A DNA stretch of 24,000 nucleotides, from contig JAWHQP010000006.1 of the NCBI GenBank assembly GCA_032586195.1, forward strand, positions 93,554 through 117,553, in the 5' to 3' direction. The notes beneath the pieces are model-generated. The model was not told the DNA's origin, made no database searches, and saw only the letters and a list, made by a program, of their open reading frames with translations. The stretch comes from Pasteurellaceae bacterium LIM206 (lineage in GTDB: Bacteria > Pseudomonadota > Gammaproteobacteria > Enterobacterales > Pasteurellaceae). Every line of letters starts with the position of its first letter. Position 1 is the first letter of the stretch. Positions 12,820 to 21,565 of the stretch are shown here, piece after piece. Both the position numbers and the translations under genes were made by a program.

Positions 12820-14958
12820 ATGTCACGTACAATTATCCTTGTTCCTATCAGTGCTGGCGTAGGTCTAACCAGCATCAGCCTTGGTCTTACCCGTGCTTTA
12901 GAAGAAAAAGGGGCAAAAGTTGGTTTCATGAAACCGATTTCACAGCCTCGTTCTGGTGAAGATCGGCTGGACCGAACCACTTCAATCATGCGTACTAGTA
13001 CCACGATTGAAACATCCGAACCGCTAATGCTAAGTGAAGCGGAGAATTTAATCGGTCAGAATCAAACCGACGCTTTACTGGAAAAAATCGTCGCTCAATA
13101 TCAGAAAATCAGCCGGAATAATGAAATCATTGTGGTTGAAGGATTAATTCCGACCCGCAAAAATTCTTACGCCAACAGTGTAAACTATGACGTGGCGCAG
13201 GCTCTTGATGCGGAAATTATTCTCGTAGCGGCACCGACGACGGAAACGCCGGCGGAATTAAAAGAACGTGTTGAAGCGGCGGCGGCATCATTCGGCGGCA
13301 AAAGTAACCCTAACCTGTTAGGTGTTGTCATCAATAAATTCAATGCTCCGGTTGATGAATCGGGTCGTACCCGTCCGGATTTAGCGGAAATCTTCGATTC
13401 ATTTCAGCACAGCCATAACAACGAGGCTGAAGTATATAAATTATTTGAATCCAGCCCGATTAAGGTATTGGCCTGTATAGCCTGGTCGCCGGAATTAATT
13501 GCTACCCGTGTAATTGATATCGTAAAACACTTAGGGGCTTCCATTCTGAACGAAGGCGATATGAATCGTCGAGTTCGTGGGATTACATTTTGCGCCCGGA
13601 CTTTGCCGAATATGGTTGAACATTTCAAAACAGGAGCATTATTGGTGGTATCCGCCGATCGTCCGGAAGTTTTGACCGCGGCGGCATTGGCAGCTACCAG
13701 CGGTATTGAAATCGGCGGTATTTTATTGACCGGCGGTTACAAGATCGATGCTCAAATCAAAAAATTATGCCAGCCGGCTTTTGAATCCACCCGTTTACCG
13801 ATGTTCCGCGTAGAGGGCAACACATGGCAAACCGCATTAAGCCTGCAAAGCTTCAATCTTGAAGTGCCCGTGGACGACAAAGAACGTATTGAAAGCATCA
13901 AACAATACACCAGTAAGAAATTCGATGTCGCATTTATCGATTCATTAGTAGCGGAATCTTCCCGTGCCCGCCGTTTATCTCCGCCTGCATTCCGTTTCCA
14001 ATTAACCGAATTGGCGCGTGCAGCGAAAAAACGTATCGTATTACCGGAAGGTGACGAACCTCGTACCATCAAAGCCGCCGCGCTATGTGCCGAACGCGGC
14101 ATTGCACAATGCGTTCTGTTAGCCAACCCGGCTGACGTTCAACGCGTGGCGGAAGCTCAAGGGGTAACCTTGGGGGCCGGTATCAGCGTAATCGATCCGG
14201 CCAGCGTACGTGAAAACTATGTCGCCCGTCTGGTCGAATTACGTAAGGCAAAAGGCATGACCGAAACCGCCGCTCGCGAACAGTTGGAAGACACCGTGGT
14301 GCTCGGCACTATGATGTTGGAAGCCGGCGAAGTGGACGGCTTGGTTTCAGGTGCGGTACACACCACCGCGAATACCATTCGTCCGCCAATGCAAATCATC
14401 AAAACCGCGCCGGGCAGCTCTATCGTTTCTTCTATTTTCTTCATGCTATTACCGGATCAAGTGCTGGTATATGGTGACTGTGCGGTAAACCCTGATCCGA
14501 CGGCAGAACAATTAGCTGAAATCGCGATTCAATCCGCGGATTCCGCCAAGGCATTCGGTATCGACCCGCGCGTCGCCATGATCTCATACTCCACAGGCAC
14601 CTCCGGTGCGGGCGCGGACGTTGAGAAAGTAAAAGAAGCAACGCGTCTCGCCCAAGAAAAACGCCCTGATTTATTAATCGACGGCCCATTACAATATGAT
14701 GCTGCAATAATGGAAGACGTGGCCCGCTCTAAAGCGCCAAACTCTAAAGTGGCCGGTAGAGCAACCGTATTCGTATTCCCTGATTTGAATACGGGCAACA
14801 CCACCTATAAAGCGGTACAGCGTTCTGCTGATTTGGTCTCTATCGGCCCGATGCTGCAAGGTATGCGTAAACCGGTAAACGATCTCTCTCGCGGTGCGTT
14901 AGTGGATGATATCGTGTACACCATTGCCTTAACTGCAATTCAAGCGGCACAAAATTAA
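12820..14958 (+). CDS. pta: Phosphate acetyltransferase (long form with N-terminal DRTGG/AAA-like domain)
   Basis: 712 aa. Starts [22 protein letters not shown], has a C-terminal PTA_PTB catalytic domain, and is collinear with E. coli Pta. Confidence 0.97.
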   Translation: MSRTIILVPISAGVGLTSISLGLTRALEEKGAKVGFMKPISQPRSGEDRLDRTTSIMRTSTTIETSEPLMLSEAENLIGQNQTDALLEKIVAQYQKISRNNEIIVVEGLIPTRKNSYANSVNYDVAQALDAEIILVAAPTTETPAELKERVEAAAASFGGKSNPNLLGVVINKFNAPVDESGRTRPDLAEIFDSFQHSHNNEAEVYKLFESSPIKVLACIAWSPELIATRVIDIVKHLGASILNEGDMNRRVRGITFCARTLPNMVEHFKTGALLVVSADRPEVLTAAALAATSGIEIGGILLTGGYKIDAQIKKLCQPAFESTRLPMFRVEGNTWQTALSLQSFNLEVPVDDKERIESIKQYTSKKFDVAFIDSLVAESSRARRLSPPAFRFQLTELARAAKKRIVLPEGDEPRTIKAAALCAERGIAQCVLLANPADVQRVAEAQGVTLGAGISVIDPASVRENYVARLVELRKAKGMTETAAREQLEDTVVLGTMMLEAGEVDGLVSGAVHTTANTIRPPMQIIKTAPGSSIVSSIFFMLLPDQVLVYGDCAVNPDPTAEQLAEIAIQSADSAKAFGIDPRVAMISYSTGTSGAGADVEKVKEATRLAQEKRPDLLIDGPLQYDAAIMEDVARSKAPNSKVAGRATVFVFPDLNTGNTTYKAVQRSADLVSIGPMLQGMRKPVNDLSRGALVDDIVYTIALTAIQAAQN

Positions 14959-14977
14959 TAAAAGTCGCAAAATCGAC

Positions 14978-14986
14978 ACCGCACTT
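14978..14986 (-). repeat. USS core downstream of pta
   Basis: Exact ACCGCACTT on the plus strand. It is part of a short ACCGCA/TGCGGT inverted repeat (14978-14997). Confidence 0.8.
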
Positions 14987-15013
14987 TTTACTGCGGTTAT
15001 CAATGACACAAAA

Positions 15014-15039
15014 CCTATCAAGCAAAATTGATGGGTTTT
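15014..15039 (+). terminator. Candidate pta terminator
   Basis: The stem CCTATCAA/TTGATGGG has 8 bp including one G-U that pairs only in the plus-strand RNA. The loop is GCAAAA, followed by TTTT. Confidence 0.5.
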
Positions 15040-15076
15040 CTTATGGTTAAATCCAATTTTTTATTTCTTCAGATAT

Positions 15077-15100
15077 AAAAAAGGACGCCTTTCAGCGCCC
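15077..15100 (-). terminator. rplT terminator
   Basis: The minus-strand RNA forms GGGCGC-UGAAAG-GCGUCC (6 bp, with one G-U that pairs only on this strand) followed by U6. It lies 20 nt after the rplT stop. Confidence 0.7.
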
Positions 15101-15120
15101 TAATCATCTTATCTTTAACA

Positions 15121-15477
<357 letters not shown>

Positions 15478-15531
15478 TTAATCTCCTATTGTATATTCTT
15501 AACTAAAATGAACTAATCGTACGACTTGTGC

Positions 15532-15729
15532 TTATACGTATGGTAAGCACGCTACTACTAAAACCTGGTCGGCTTTCGCAACCATGGATTTATGACGTAA
15601 ATGACGTTTACGTTTAGTGGTTTTTTTAGTCAAAATATGACGTAAATGAGATTGTTTGCGTTTGAAACCGCCGGACGCTGTTTTTTTAAAACGTTTGGCA
15701 GCACCACGTACTGTTTTAATTTTAGGCAT
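15532..15729 (-). CDS. rpmI: 50S ribosomal protein L35
   Basis: 65 aa. Starts [32 protein letters not shown], a canonical L35 sequence. Confidence 0.98.
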
Positions 15730-15779
15730 TGTTTAAATAACTCCGCATTGTTTAGGTTAATACATAATAATCAGGCGAA

Positions 15780-15810
15780 TTTTAGGGTACATTGGAAATA
15801 CACCCTAAAA
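15780..15810 (-). promoter_or_regulatory. Strand-specific 12-bp hairpin in the infC-rpmI spacer (candidate L20 translational-operator element)
   Basis: The minus RNA forms UUUUAGGGUGUA-UUUCCAA-UACACCCUAAAA-type pairing. Two of the 12 pairs are G-U, which would be A-C mismatches on the plus strand. There is no trailing U-run, so it is not a terminator. Confidence 0.4.
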
Positions 15811-15829
15811 ATTACTTGCAAAGCACTCA

Positions 15830-16372
15830 TTATTTCTTTTTCGGGGCGAGCACCATAATAGCTTGACGGCCTTCAAGTTTACCCGGAGCGGATTCCACTA
15901 CCGAGATATCGGCCAGATCGTTTTTAACACGCTCCAGCACTTCAAGACCGATGTTCTGGTGGGCCATTTCACGTCCGCGGAAACGAACGGTGATTTTGGC
16001 TTTATCCCCATCTTCTAAAAAGCGAATCAGGCTGCGTAGTTTTACCTGATAATCGCCTTCATCTGTGCCGGGACGGAATTTAATTTCCTTCACTTGCACA
16101 ACTTTCTGCTTTTTCTTCTGCTCTTTCGCCGCTTTATCTTTTTCATAAAGGAATTTACCGTAGTTCATAATACGGCACACAGGCGGCTCGGCATTCGGGC
16201 TGATTTCTACAAGATCTAATTCCGCCTGTTCAGCCATATCTAAAGCTTGTTGAAGTGAAACGATACCTACTTGCTCACCTTCTTGGTCAATCAAGCGAAC
16301 TTCTTTCGCTCTGATTTCATCGTTAATACGATTCGGGCGAGCGACAACTGGTGCTTTTTTTACGGTTTTTAT
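15830..16372 (-). CDS. infC: Translation initiation factor IF-3 (non-canonical start codon)
   Basis: Collinear with E. coli IF3 (ARPNRIN.EIR..EVRL...[56 protein letters not shown]). There is no in-frame ATG/GTG near the 5' end. ATA at 16372 lies 8 nt after GAGGA and is followed by AAA, as with E. coli AUU-AAA. The alternative TTG at 16378 lies only 2 nt after the SD. Confidence 0.93.
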   Translation of the reverse strand: MKTVKKAPVVARPNRINDEIRAKEVRLIDQEGEQVGIVSLQQALDMAEQAELDLVEISPNAEPPVCRIMNYGKFLYEKDKAAKEQKKKQKVVQVKEIKFRPGTDEGDYQVKLRSLIRFLEDGDKAKITVRFRGREMAHQNIGLEVLERVKNDLADISVVESAPGKLEGRQAIMVLAPKKK

Positions 16373-16477
16373 AGTCAAATTCCTCTATTAGCGTTAAGCG
16401 ATTCAATATTCCTTTCGCTTGCCGCGAATAAATACTGACTGTCGGAGCACTGCTTACACAGTGAAAATCGGTTTGAG

Positions 16478-16506
16478 ATTGTAAAGAATATCCCTTGTGT
16501 TTGCAA
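16478..16506 (-). promoter_or_regulatory. Candidate dedicated infC promoter
   Basis: The minus strand reads TTGCAA (16506-16501), a 17-bp spacer, then TACAAT (16483-16478). This predicts a leader of about 100 nt. Confidence 0.5.
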
Positions 16507-16615
16507 GCAAATTCGCAGTAAATTTTAGCGTAAAAAATCATCAAAACAGCACCGCGCTTTATTGTCGCCGTTATCTATTTCATTTCCTTTTTCCAACCAT
16601 ATTCGCCGACTACTA

Positions 16616-16644
16616 TTTACAAACACTTATCATTCTCTTATATT
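16616..16644 (+). promoter_or_regulatory. Candidate promoter of the substrate-binding protein gene
   Basis: TTTACA (16616-16621), 17-bp spacer, TATATT (16639-16644). About 50 nt upstream of the AAGGAA RBS and the ATG at 16697. Confidence 0.5.
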
Positions 16645-16696
16645 GGTCAGTTCTGGGAAAACAACATTACATTAACAACTAATAAAAAGGAAATTT

Positions 16697-17725
16697 ATGC
16701 TTAAACACAAACATAAGCTTATCTTATCTCTAGGGGCCGCGGCTGTATTGTCGGCAACAAATGGCTTTGCGGAAGGAAAACTTAAAATCTATTGTTCCAT
16801 TCAAAATGAAGGCTGCGAAAAAATGGCTCAGGCATTTTCACGGCAATACCATGTAGATACTCAATTCGTGCGGCAAAGTACGGGCGTGGTGCTAAGTAAA
16901 CTCAAAATGGAACAAAACAATCCACAGGCCGACATTTGGTATGGCGGCACCATTGAACCGCATTTTCAAGCGGCCGAACAAGGACTGTTAGATAAATACC
17001 GCTCACCTAAACAGGCAGATATTCTTCCACAGTTTAAACCCTTAACAGATAAATGGGGCGATTACACCAGCGTAGTATACCTAATGGTGCTTGGCATTGG
17101 TGTAAATACTCAAAAATTCTCTGAACTGGGCTTAGCGCAGCCGACCTGTTTTTCCGATTTACTCAATCCTGTTTTCAAACAGATGCTGCAATATCCAGAT
17201 CCTCGTTCTTCCGGCACAGGTTACACCTTTCTCACTACCCTTGTACAGCTTTGGGGTGAGGATAAAGCTTTTGATTACCTGAAAAAACTCAAACCTAATG
17301 TAGGCAAATACGCTAATAGCGGGCTTGCAACCAAAAATCTCAGCACAGGCGAAGTAGGTATTGATATTAGCTTTATGCATTCTTATGAGCGCGAACAAGA
17401 TTTAGGTGGCCCGGTACAGGCTTCTCCCGCTTGTGAAGGCATGGGTTACGCTTTGGGAGGCACTAGCATTATTAAAGGTGCACGCAATTTAGACAATGCG
17501 AAATTATTTATGGATTGGGCGCTGTCACCTGAGGCACAGGAAATTCCTTGGCGAGAAACAGGGGCATATCAAATCCCTACTAACATTCATGCAGAATCTT
17601 CACCACGTTCATTAAAATTATCCGAGTTAAAATTAATTGACTACGATTATGACCGTTTCAGCTCGCCGACAGAAGCGAAACGATTGATCGATCGTTGGGT
17701 AAGCGAAGTGAAAATGACGGAATAA
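16697..17725 (+). CDS. Periplasmic ABC-type substrate-binding protein (Fe3+/thiamine/polyamine-like type II fold), orphan
   Basis: 342 aa. Sec signal peptide (MLKHKHKLILSLGAAAVLSATNGFA/EG). Its motifs are typical of the AfuA/FbpA-like SBP family (KLKIY.S, NPQADIWYGGT, DPRSSGTGYTF). No permease or ATPase gene is adjacent. Confidence 0.8.
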   Translation: MLKHKHKLILSLGAAAVLSATNGFAEGKLKIYCSIQNEGCEKMAQAFSRQYHVDTQFVRQSTGVVLSKLKMEQNNPQADIWYGGTIEPHFQAAEQGLLDKYRSPKQADILPQFKPLTDKWGDYTSVVYLMVLGIGVNTQKFSELGLAQPTCFSDLLNPVFKQMLQYPDPRSSGTGYTFLTTLVQLWGEDKAFDYLKKLKPNVGKYANSGLATKNLSTGEVGIDISFMHSYEREQDLGGPVQASPACEGMGYALGGTSIIKGARNLDNAKLFMDWALSPEAQEIPWRETGAYQIPTNIHAESSPRSLKLSELKLIDYDYDRFSSPTEAKRLIDRWVSEVKMTE

Positions 17726-17744
17726 TTTTCATCATCAAAAACAA

Positions 17745-17769
17745 GGACGAACACAATGTTCGCCCTTTT
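17745..17769. terminator. Terminator between convergent SBP gene and thrS
   Basis: GGACGAACA-CAA-TGTTCGCCC followed by TTTT on the plus strand. On the minus-strand RNA the single mismatch becomes a G-U pair and the stem is followed by UUGUUUUUG, so it fits thrS best but can act on both strands. Confidence 0.65.
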
Positions 17770-17785
17770 ATCATTATCCGCGCGA

Positions 17786-17794
17786 AAGTGCGGT
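17786..17794 (+). repeat. USS core
   Basis: Exact AAGTGCGGT, intergenic. Confidence 0.85.
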
Positions 17795-17816
17795 GCTAAG
17801 AATCCGAGTTTTAAAA

Positions 17817-19748
17817 TTATTCTTCGCCCAATAATTTCAATTCACGTGCACGAACCTGTTTCTTCATGATTTGCGCAAATTCCGCCACATCAAAGGTACC
17901 TAAATCTACCCCTTTGCGCGTACGCACCGCCACTTTGCCGGCTTCAATTTCCTTATCACCGCACACCAGCATATACGGCACACGGCGTAGGGTATGTTCG
18001 CGAATTTTAAAACCGACCTTTTCATTACGTAAATCGGCTTTAACACGTAAACCGGCATCAGAAAGGGTTTTCACCACCTCTTTCACATAATCGGCCTGAG
18101 AATCGGTAATATTCATCACTACCGCCTGCACCGGCGCCAGCCATGCCGGGAAGAAACCGGCGTATTCTTCGGTAATAATACCGATGAAGCGTTCAATGGA
18201 ACCCAAAATCGCACGGTGAATCATAACCGGCGTTTTACGCTCGTTATCTTCCGCCACATAAGAGGCGTTTAAACGACCCGGTAACGAGAAATCCAACTGT
18301 ACCGTACCACATTGCCATTCGCGATCCAAACAGTCACGTAACGCAAATTCTAATTTCGGACCGTAGAATGCGCCTTCACCCTCTTGAATCTGATATGTCA
18401 GATTCATTTTTTCTAAAGCCGCCGCTAAATCGGCCTCGGCACGATCCCAGATTTCATCGGAACCGATACGTTTTTCCGGACGCGTAGAAAGTTTGACATA
18501 AATATCGGTGAAGCCGAAGGTGCTGTAAATGTCATACACCATTTTTACACAACCGGTAACTTCCTGTTCGATTTGCTCTTCAGTACAGAAAATATGGGCG
18601 TCATCCTGGGTAAAGCCGCGTACACGCATTAAACCGTGCAATGAACCGGAAGGTTCGTTACGGTGACAGGAACCGAATTCAGCCATACGAATCGGTAGAT
18701 CACGATAAGATTTCAAACCTTGATTAAAGATCTGTACGTGACCCGGACAGTTCATCGGTTTAATCGCATACTCACGGTTTTCCGATGAAGTGGTAAACAT
18801 TAAATCACCGTAATTCTGCCAGTGGCCGGTGCGTTCCCACAGCACGCGATCCATCATAAACGGACCTTTAACTTCCTGATAATCATACTCTTTTAATTTA
18901 GTACGCACGAAAGTTTCCAATTCACGGAAGATCGTCCAGCCGTCATTATGCCAGAACACCATACCCGGCGCTTCTTCCTGCATATGATATAAATCCAAGG
19001 CTTTACCGATTTTACGGTGATCGCGTTTTGCCGCTTCTTCCAAGCGGTGTAAATGGTCCGCCAGTTGTTTTTTATCCGCCCAAGCGGTCCCGTAAATACG
19101 CTGCAGCATTTTGTTCTTGCTGTCACCACGCCAATAGGCACCGGCGATCTTCATTAATTTGAAATGATGACAGAAGCGCATATTCGGCACATGCGGGCCG
19201 CGGCACATATCGATATATTCTTGGTGATGATACAACGCCGGCGTTGCGGTACGTTCAATATTTTCATCCAGAATCGCCACTTTGTAGGGCTCGCCGCGTT
19301 GTTCAAAGGTATCGCGCGCCTCCTGCCAGCTGACGCGTTTTTTAATCACGTCATAATTGGTTTTCGCCAGCTCTAACATACGTTTTTCAATCTCATCCAA
19401 ATCTTCTTGGCTCAAAGAACGATCTAAATCCACGTCATAGTAAAAACCGTTTTCAATCGTCGGACCAATCGCCATTTTTACATCAGGGAAAAGCTGTTTA
19501 ATGGCATGACCAAGCAGATGAGCGCAAGAATGGCGGATAATTTCCAAACCGTCTTCATCTTTGGCTGTGATAATTTGTAATGTGCTGTCCTGATCGATAA
19601 TATCGCAGGCATCCCGGCGTTCACCGTTCACACGGCCTGCAATAGTGGCTTTAGCGAGTCCCGCTCCGATACTTTGGGCAACTTCCAGCACGGAAACGGG
19701 CTGATCGAACTGACGTTGAGAACCGTCAGGTAAAGTAATAATCGGCAT
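17817..19748 (-). CDS. thrS: Threonine--tRNA ligase
   Basis: 643 aa. Starts [12 protein letters not shown]. Contains TGS, editing, class II catalytic and anticodon-binding domains, collinear with E. coli ThrRS. Confidence 0.98.
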   Translation of the reverse strand: MPIITLPDGSQRQFDQPVSVLEVAQSIGAGLAKATIAGRVNGERRDACDIIDQDSTLQIITAKDEDGLEIIRHSCAHLLGHAIKQLFPDVKMAIGPTIENGFYYDVDLDRSLSQEDLDEIEKRMLELAKTNYDVIKKRVSWQEARDTFEQRGEPYKVAILDENIERTATPALYHHQEYIDMCRGPHVPNMRFCHHFKLMKIAGAYWRGDSKNKMLQRIYGTAWADKKQLADHLHRLEEAAKRDHRKIGKALDLYHMQEEAPGMVFWHNDGWTIFRELETFVRTKLKEYDYQEVKGPFMMDRVLWERTGHWQNYGDLMFTTSSENREYAIKPMNCPGHVQIFNQGLKSYRDLPIRMAEFGSCHRNEPSGSLHGLMRVRGFTQDDAHIFCTEEQIEQEVTGCVKMVYDIYSTFGFTDIYVKLSTRPEKRIGSDEIWDRAEADLAAALEKMNLTYQIQEGEGAFYGPKLEFALRDCLDREWQCGTVQLDFSLPGRLNASYVAEDNERKTPVMIHRAILGSIERFIGIITEEYAGFFPAWLAPVQAVVMNITDSQADYVKEVVKTLSDAGLRVKADLRNEKVGFKIREHTLRRVPYMLVCGDKEIEAGKVAVRTRKGVDLGTFDVAEFAQIMKKQVRARELKLLGEE

Positions 19749-19767
19749 GTTAAATCCTTATACAGTG

Positions 19768-19788
19768 GTAACCCATACGAAAGGTTAC
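19768..19788 (-). promoter_or_regulatory. thrS translational operator, tRNA-Thr anticodon-arm mimic (domain-2-like)
   Basis: The minus RNA forms GUAACCU-UUCGUAU-GGGUUAC, a 7-bp stem with a 7-nt loop. The loop reads U33-CGU-A37 (CGU is a Thr anticodon) and sits about 30 nt upstream of the AUG, just 5' of the SD UAAGGA. This is the arrangement known for the E. coli thrS operator. Confidence 0.65.
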
Positions 19789-19809
19789 TTGTGCGTGTAA
19801 AATAAAATG

Positions 19810-19832
19810 AAAAAAAGTGCTAAAAATAGCAC
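19810..19832 (-). terminator. Terminator-like hairpin (grxB terminator and/or thrS leader attenuator)
   Basis: The minus RNA forms GUGCUA-UUUU-UAGCAC followed by U7. Its 5' arm shares 3 nt with the 3' arm of the long USS-derived stem at 19830-19876. Confidence 0.55.
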
Positions 19833-19876
19833 CGCACTTTTATGTGATACCTACAATGTATGATAAAAGCGCGGTG
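19830..19876 (-). promoter_or_regulatory. Long USS-derived stem capped by a second tRNA-Thr anticodon-like loop (domain-4-like)
   Basis: The minus-RNA arms CACCGCGCUUUUAU and AUAAAAGUGCGGUG form 14 bp, with one G-U that pairs only on this strand. One arm is a perfect USS and the other a one-mismatch USS. An apical 4-bp stem AUAC/GUAU closes the 7-nt loop AUUGUAG, which reads U33-UGU-A37 (UGU is a Thr anticodon). Confidence 0.45.
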
Positions 19877-19877
19877 C

Positions 19878-19904
19878 ATTTTAGCACAGTTTCGTTAAAT
19901 TCAA
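19878..19904 (-). promoter_or_regulatory. Possible extended -10 promoter upstream of the thrS leader
   Basis: The minus strand reads TGCTAAAAT (19886-19878), an extended -10, with TTGAAT 15 bp upstream (19904-19899). The spacer is short and this is a pattern match only. Confidence 0.3.
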
Positions 19905-19911
19905 AAATCGC

Positions 19912-20562
19912 TTAAACGGCTTTTTCCGTGTAAAGCGGCACTTGAGCCTGTTCGGACATGGTCGTCACATATTGCCGCACTTTCGGCGGAAACTGAAGAC
20001 CTTTGACGCAAGTAAGATTGCGCAGCATTGGGAACAGCATAATATCTTCATAGGAAAGTTGTCCGCTTGCCGCGGTCGACGACACTATGAGGTTTTCCAA
20101 CTGAGCCAGATCCGCGGTTAATTGGGCTAAATAATGAGAAGTCCGGGCTAAATTATCGCTAAATGATCCGATACTCGCAGATTTTTTACTTTCAAAGTAA
20201 CGCACAGCGCTTTCCGTACGAAATTCCTCCAGACCGAGCTGCACAAAACGCGGCAATAATAAATGGTTGTAATACGGCCCTACTTTTTGCATCCATTCGT
20301 TGACATTCTCTCTGATCTGTTCCGCCAGAATCTTGTGATCACCGCAATTCTCATCCACGAAACGTACAATATCCAAGCTTTCCGGCATAGCGACACCCTC
20401 AGCTTTCTCCAAAATCGGCACTACTTTTTTCCCGATCAAACGTACCGGAGTATCATCGTCATCATTGGCTAATACGATTTTTTCAAACGGAACATTCTTT
20501 AATCCGAAAATCATGCGGGCCCGCACACAGAACGGACAGTGATCGTACACATACAGTTTCAT
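19912..20562 (-). CDS. grxB: Glutaredoxin 2
   Basis: 216 aa. Starts MKLYVYDHCPFCVRARMIFGLKNVP with the CPFC active site, and is collinear with E. coli Grx2. Confidence 0.93.
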   Translation of the reverse strand: MKLYVYDHCPFCVRARMIFGLKNVPFEKIVLANDDDDTPVRLIGKKVVPILEKAEGVAMPESLDIVRFVDENCGDHKILAEQIRENVNEWMQKVGPYYNHLLLPRFVQLGLEEFRTESAVRYFESKKSASIGSFSDNLARTSHYLAQLTADLAQLENLIVSSTAASGQLSYEDIMLFPMLRNLTCVKGLQFPPKVRQYVTTMSEQAQVPLYTEKAV

Positions 20563-20589
20563 AGGCTTCTCCTTATTTAAGTTTGTGCC

Positions 20590-20595
20590 ATTATA
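20590..20595 (-). promoter_or_regulatory. Candidate grxB -10 element
   Basis: Perfect TATAAT on the minus strand about 28 nt upstream of the grxB ATG, followed by an AAGGAG RBS. No clear -35. Confidence 0.4.
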
Positions 20596-20695
20596 CTCCG
20601 AACGTTAAAAAATTTGAGCTATATCACGGAAAATAACTGTTTTTTTGTCTATTATGAATACGATCTTAAATGCTCAGCAATTTGAGGGGGTTATT

Positions 20696-21565
20696 ATGTG
20701 GAAATCAGTATCTCAGGCCTTAGCGGACCAATTTGGCGCGTATTACAACATCAAAGAGAAAAACAAAGTTCATCTCGGCGAAATGCATGAGGCATGGGTT
20801 ATCGATGACGGTTTTCAGCCTGTTTTTATCAAAGTGAACGAAAAAAGCTATCGTTCGATGTTCCGTGCGGAAGCGGATCAACTTCAGTTGCTCGCCCGTA
20901 CCAACACCATCAAAGTGCCGCAGGTATATGGTGTCGGCTGTTCGCAGAATCACAGTTTCTTACTGTTGGAAGCATTGGATTTACAGCCGGTCAATGACAC
21001 AGCCATGGCTGATTTCGGTGTGCAACTGGCCAAATTGCACCAACAGCATTTATCAGAAAAATACGGGCTGGAATTCGATACTTGGCTCGGACCCGAGTAT
21101 CAACCGAACAAGTGGAAAATCGGCTGGGCAGTCTTTTTTGCCGAACAGCGTATCGGCTGGCAACTGCAAATCTGCAAAGAAAAAGGCATTGAATTCGGTG
21201 ATATTGATACCATCATCAAAGCCGTCACCGCCAAATTGGCGAAGCATAAACCAACTCCGTCCTTACTACACGGCAATTTGTGGATTGAAAATTGCGGTTT
21301 GGTAAACGATGCCATCGTTACTTACGATCCCGCCTGTTATTGGGGTGATCGTGAATGCGATATTGCTTTCACCGAGCTGTTCGGAGCGTTTCCAGCGTCT
21401 TTCTATGACAGCTATAATCAAACCTACCCTCTCGATCAGGGCTATTGGCAACGCAAGCCGATTTACCAGCTGTACTATTTATTAAACTTTAGCCATAGAT
21501 TCAAAAATAATTATATTGCTCTCACCCGCAAAACACTCAATACCATTATGGAACAAGGAAATTAA
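20696..21565 (+). CDS. yniA: Fructosamine/ketosamine-3-kinase family protein
   Basis: Collinear with E. coli YniA (MW..S..L, F.K.......F.AEADQL.LL, FAEQRIGWQL, PSLLHG.LW..N, DPACYWGDRECD, PIYQLY.LLN). I prefer the ATG at 20696, preceded by GAGGGGG, over the TTG at 20645. Confidence 0.9.
   Translation: MWKSVSQALADQFGAYYNIKEKNKVHLGEMHEAWVIDDGFQPVFIKVNEKSYRSMFRAEADQLQLLARTNTIKVPQVYGVGCSQNHSFLLLEALDLQPVNDTAMADFGVQLAKLHQQHLSEKYGLEFDTWLGPEYQPNKWKIGWAVFFAEQRIGWQLQICKEKGIEFGDIDTIIKAVTAKLAKHKPTPSLLHGNLWIENCGLVNDAIVTYDPACYWGDRECDIAFTELFGAFPASFYDSYNQTYPLDQGYWQRKPIYQLYYLLNFSHRFKNNYIALTRKTLNTIMEQGN

Noticed and set aside
13404-14804. Series of 74-124-aa minus-strand ORFs inside pta, and similar ones inside purF, thrS, yedE and yniA
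   Set aside because: They are antisense or alternate-frame shadows of highly conserved genes, with no independent start signals and no recognisable motifs.
16355-16361. Homopolymeric tracts (A7 in the infC 5' end, A7 in lacZ at 6348-6354, T8 upstream of ackA) as possible phase-variation switches
   Set aside because: The tracts are short (7-8 nt), two lie in essential or ordinary metabolic genes, and there is no sign of frameshifted alleles. Pasteurellaceae contingency loci usually use longer or tetranucleotide repeats.
16620-16645. Possible Fur box over the SBP promoter (TTATCATTCTC resembles half of GATAATGATAATCATTATC)
   Set aside because: Only one half-site matches (about 10/11), and the other half shows essentially no match. 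That is insufficient to call iron regulation.
16497-16682. 61-aa GTG-initiated hydrophobic ORF in the infC/SBP divergent spacer (and the 73-aa minus ORF 16323..16544)
   Set aside because: There is no Shine-Dalgarno sequence. The ORFs overlap both candidate promoters and the infC start in another frame, and the AT-rich spacer generates such ORFs by chance.
20597-20610. TCCGAACGTTAAAA in the grxB promoter shares the AACGTTAA core of the lac operators
   Set aside because: It matches O2 at only 9/14 positions and one half-site is missing, so this is probably chance in AT-rich DNA.
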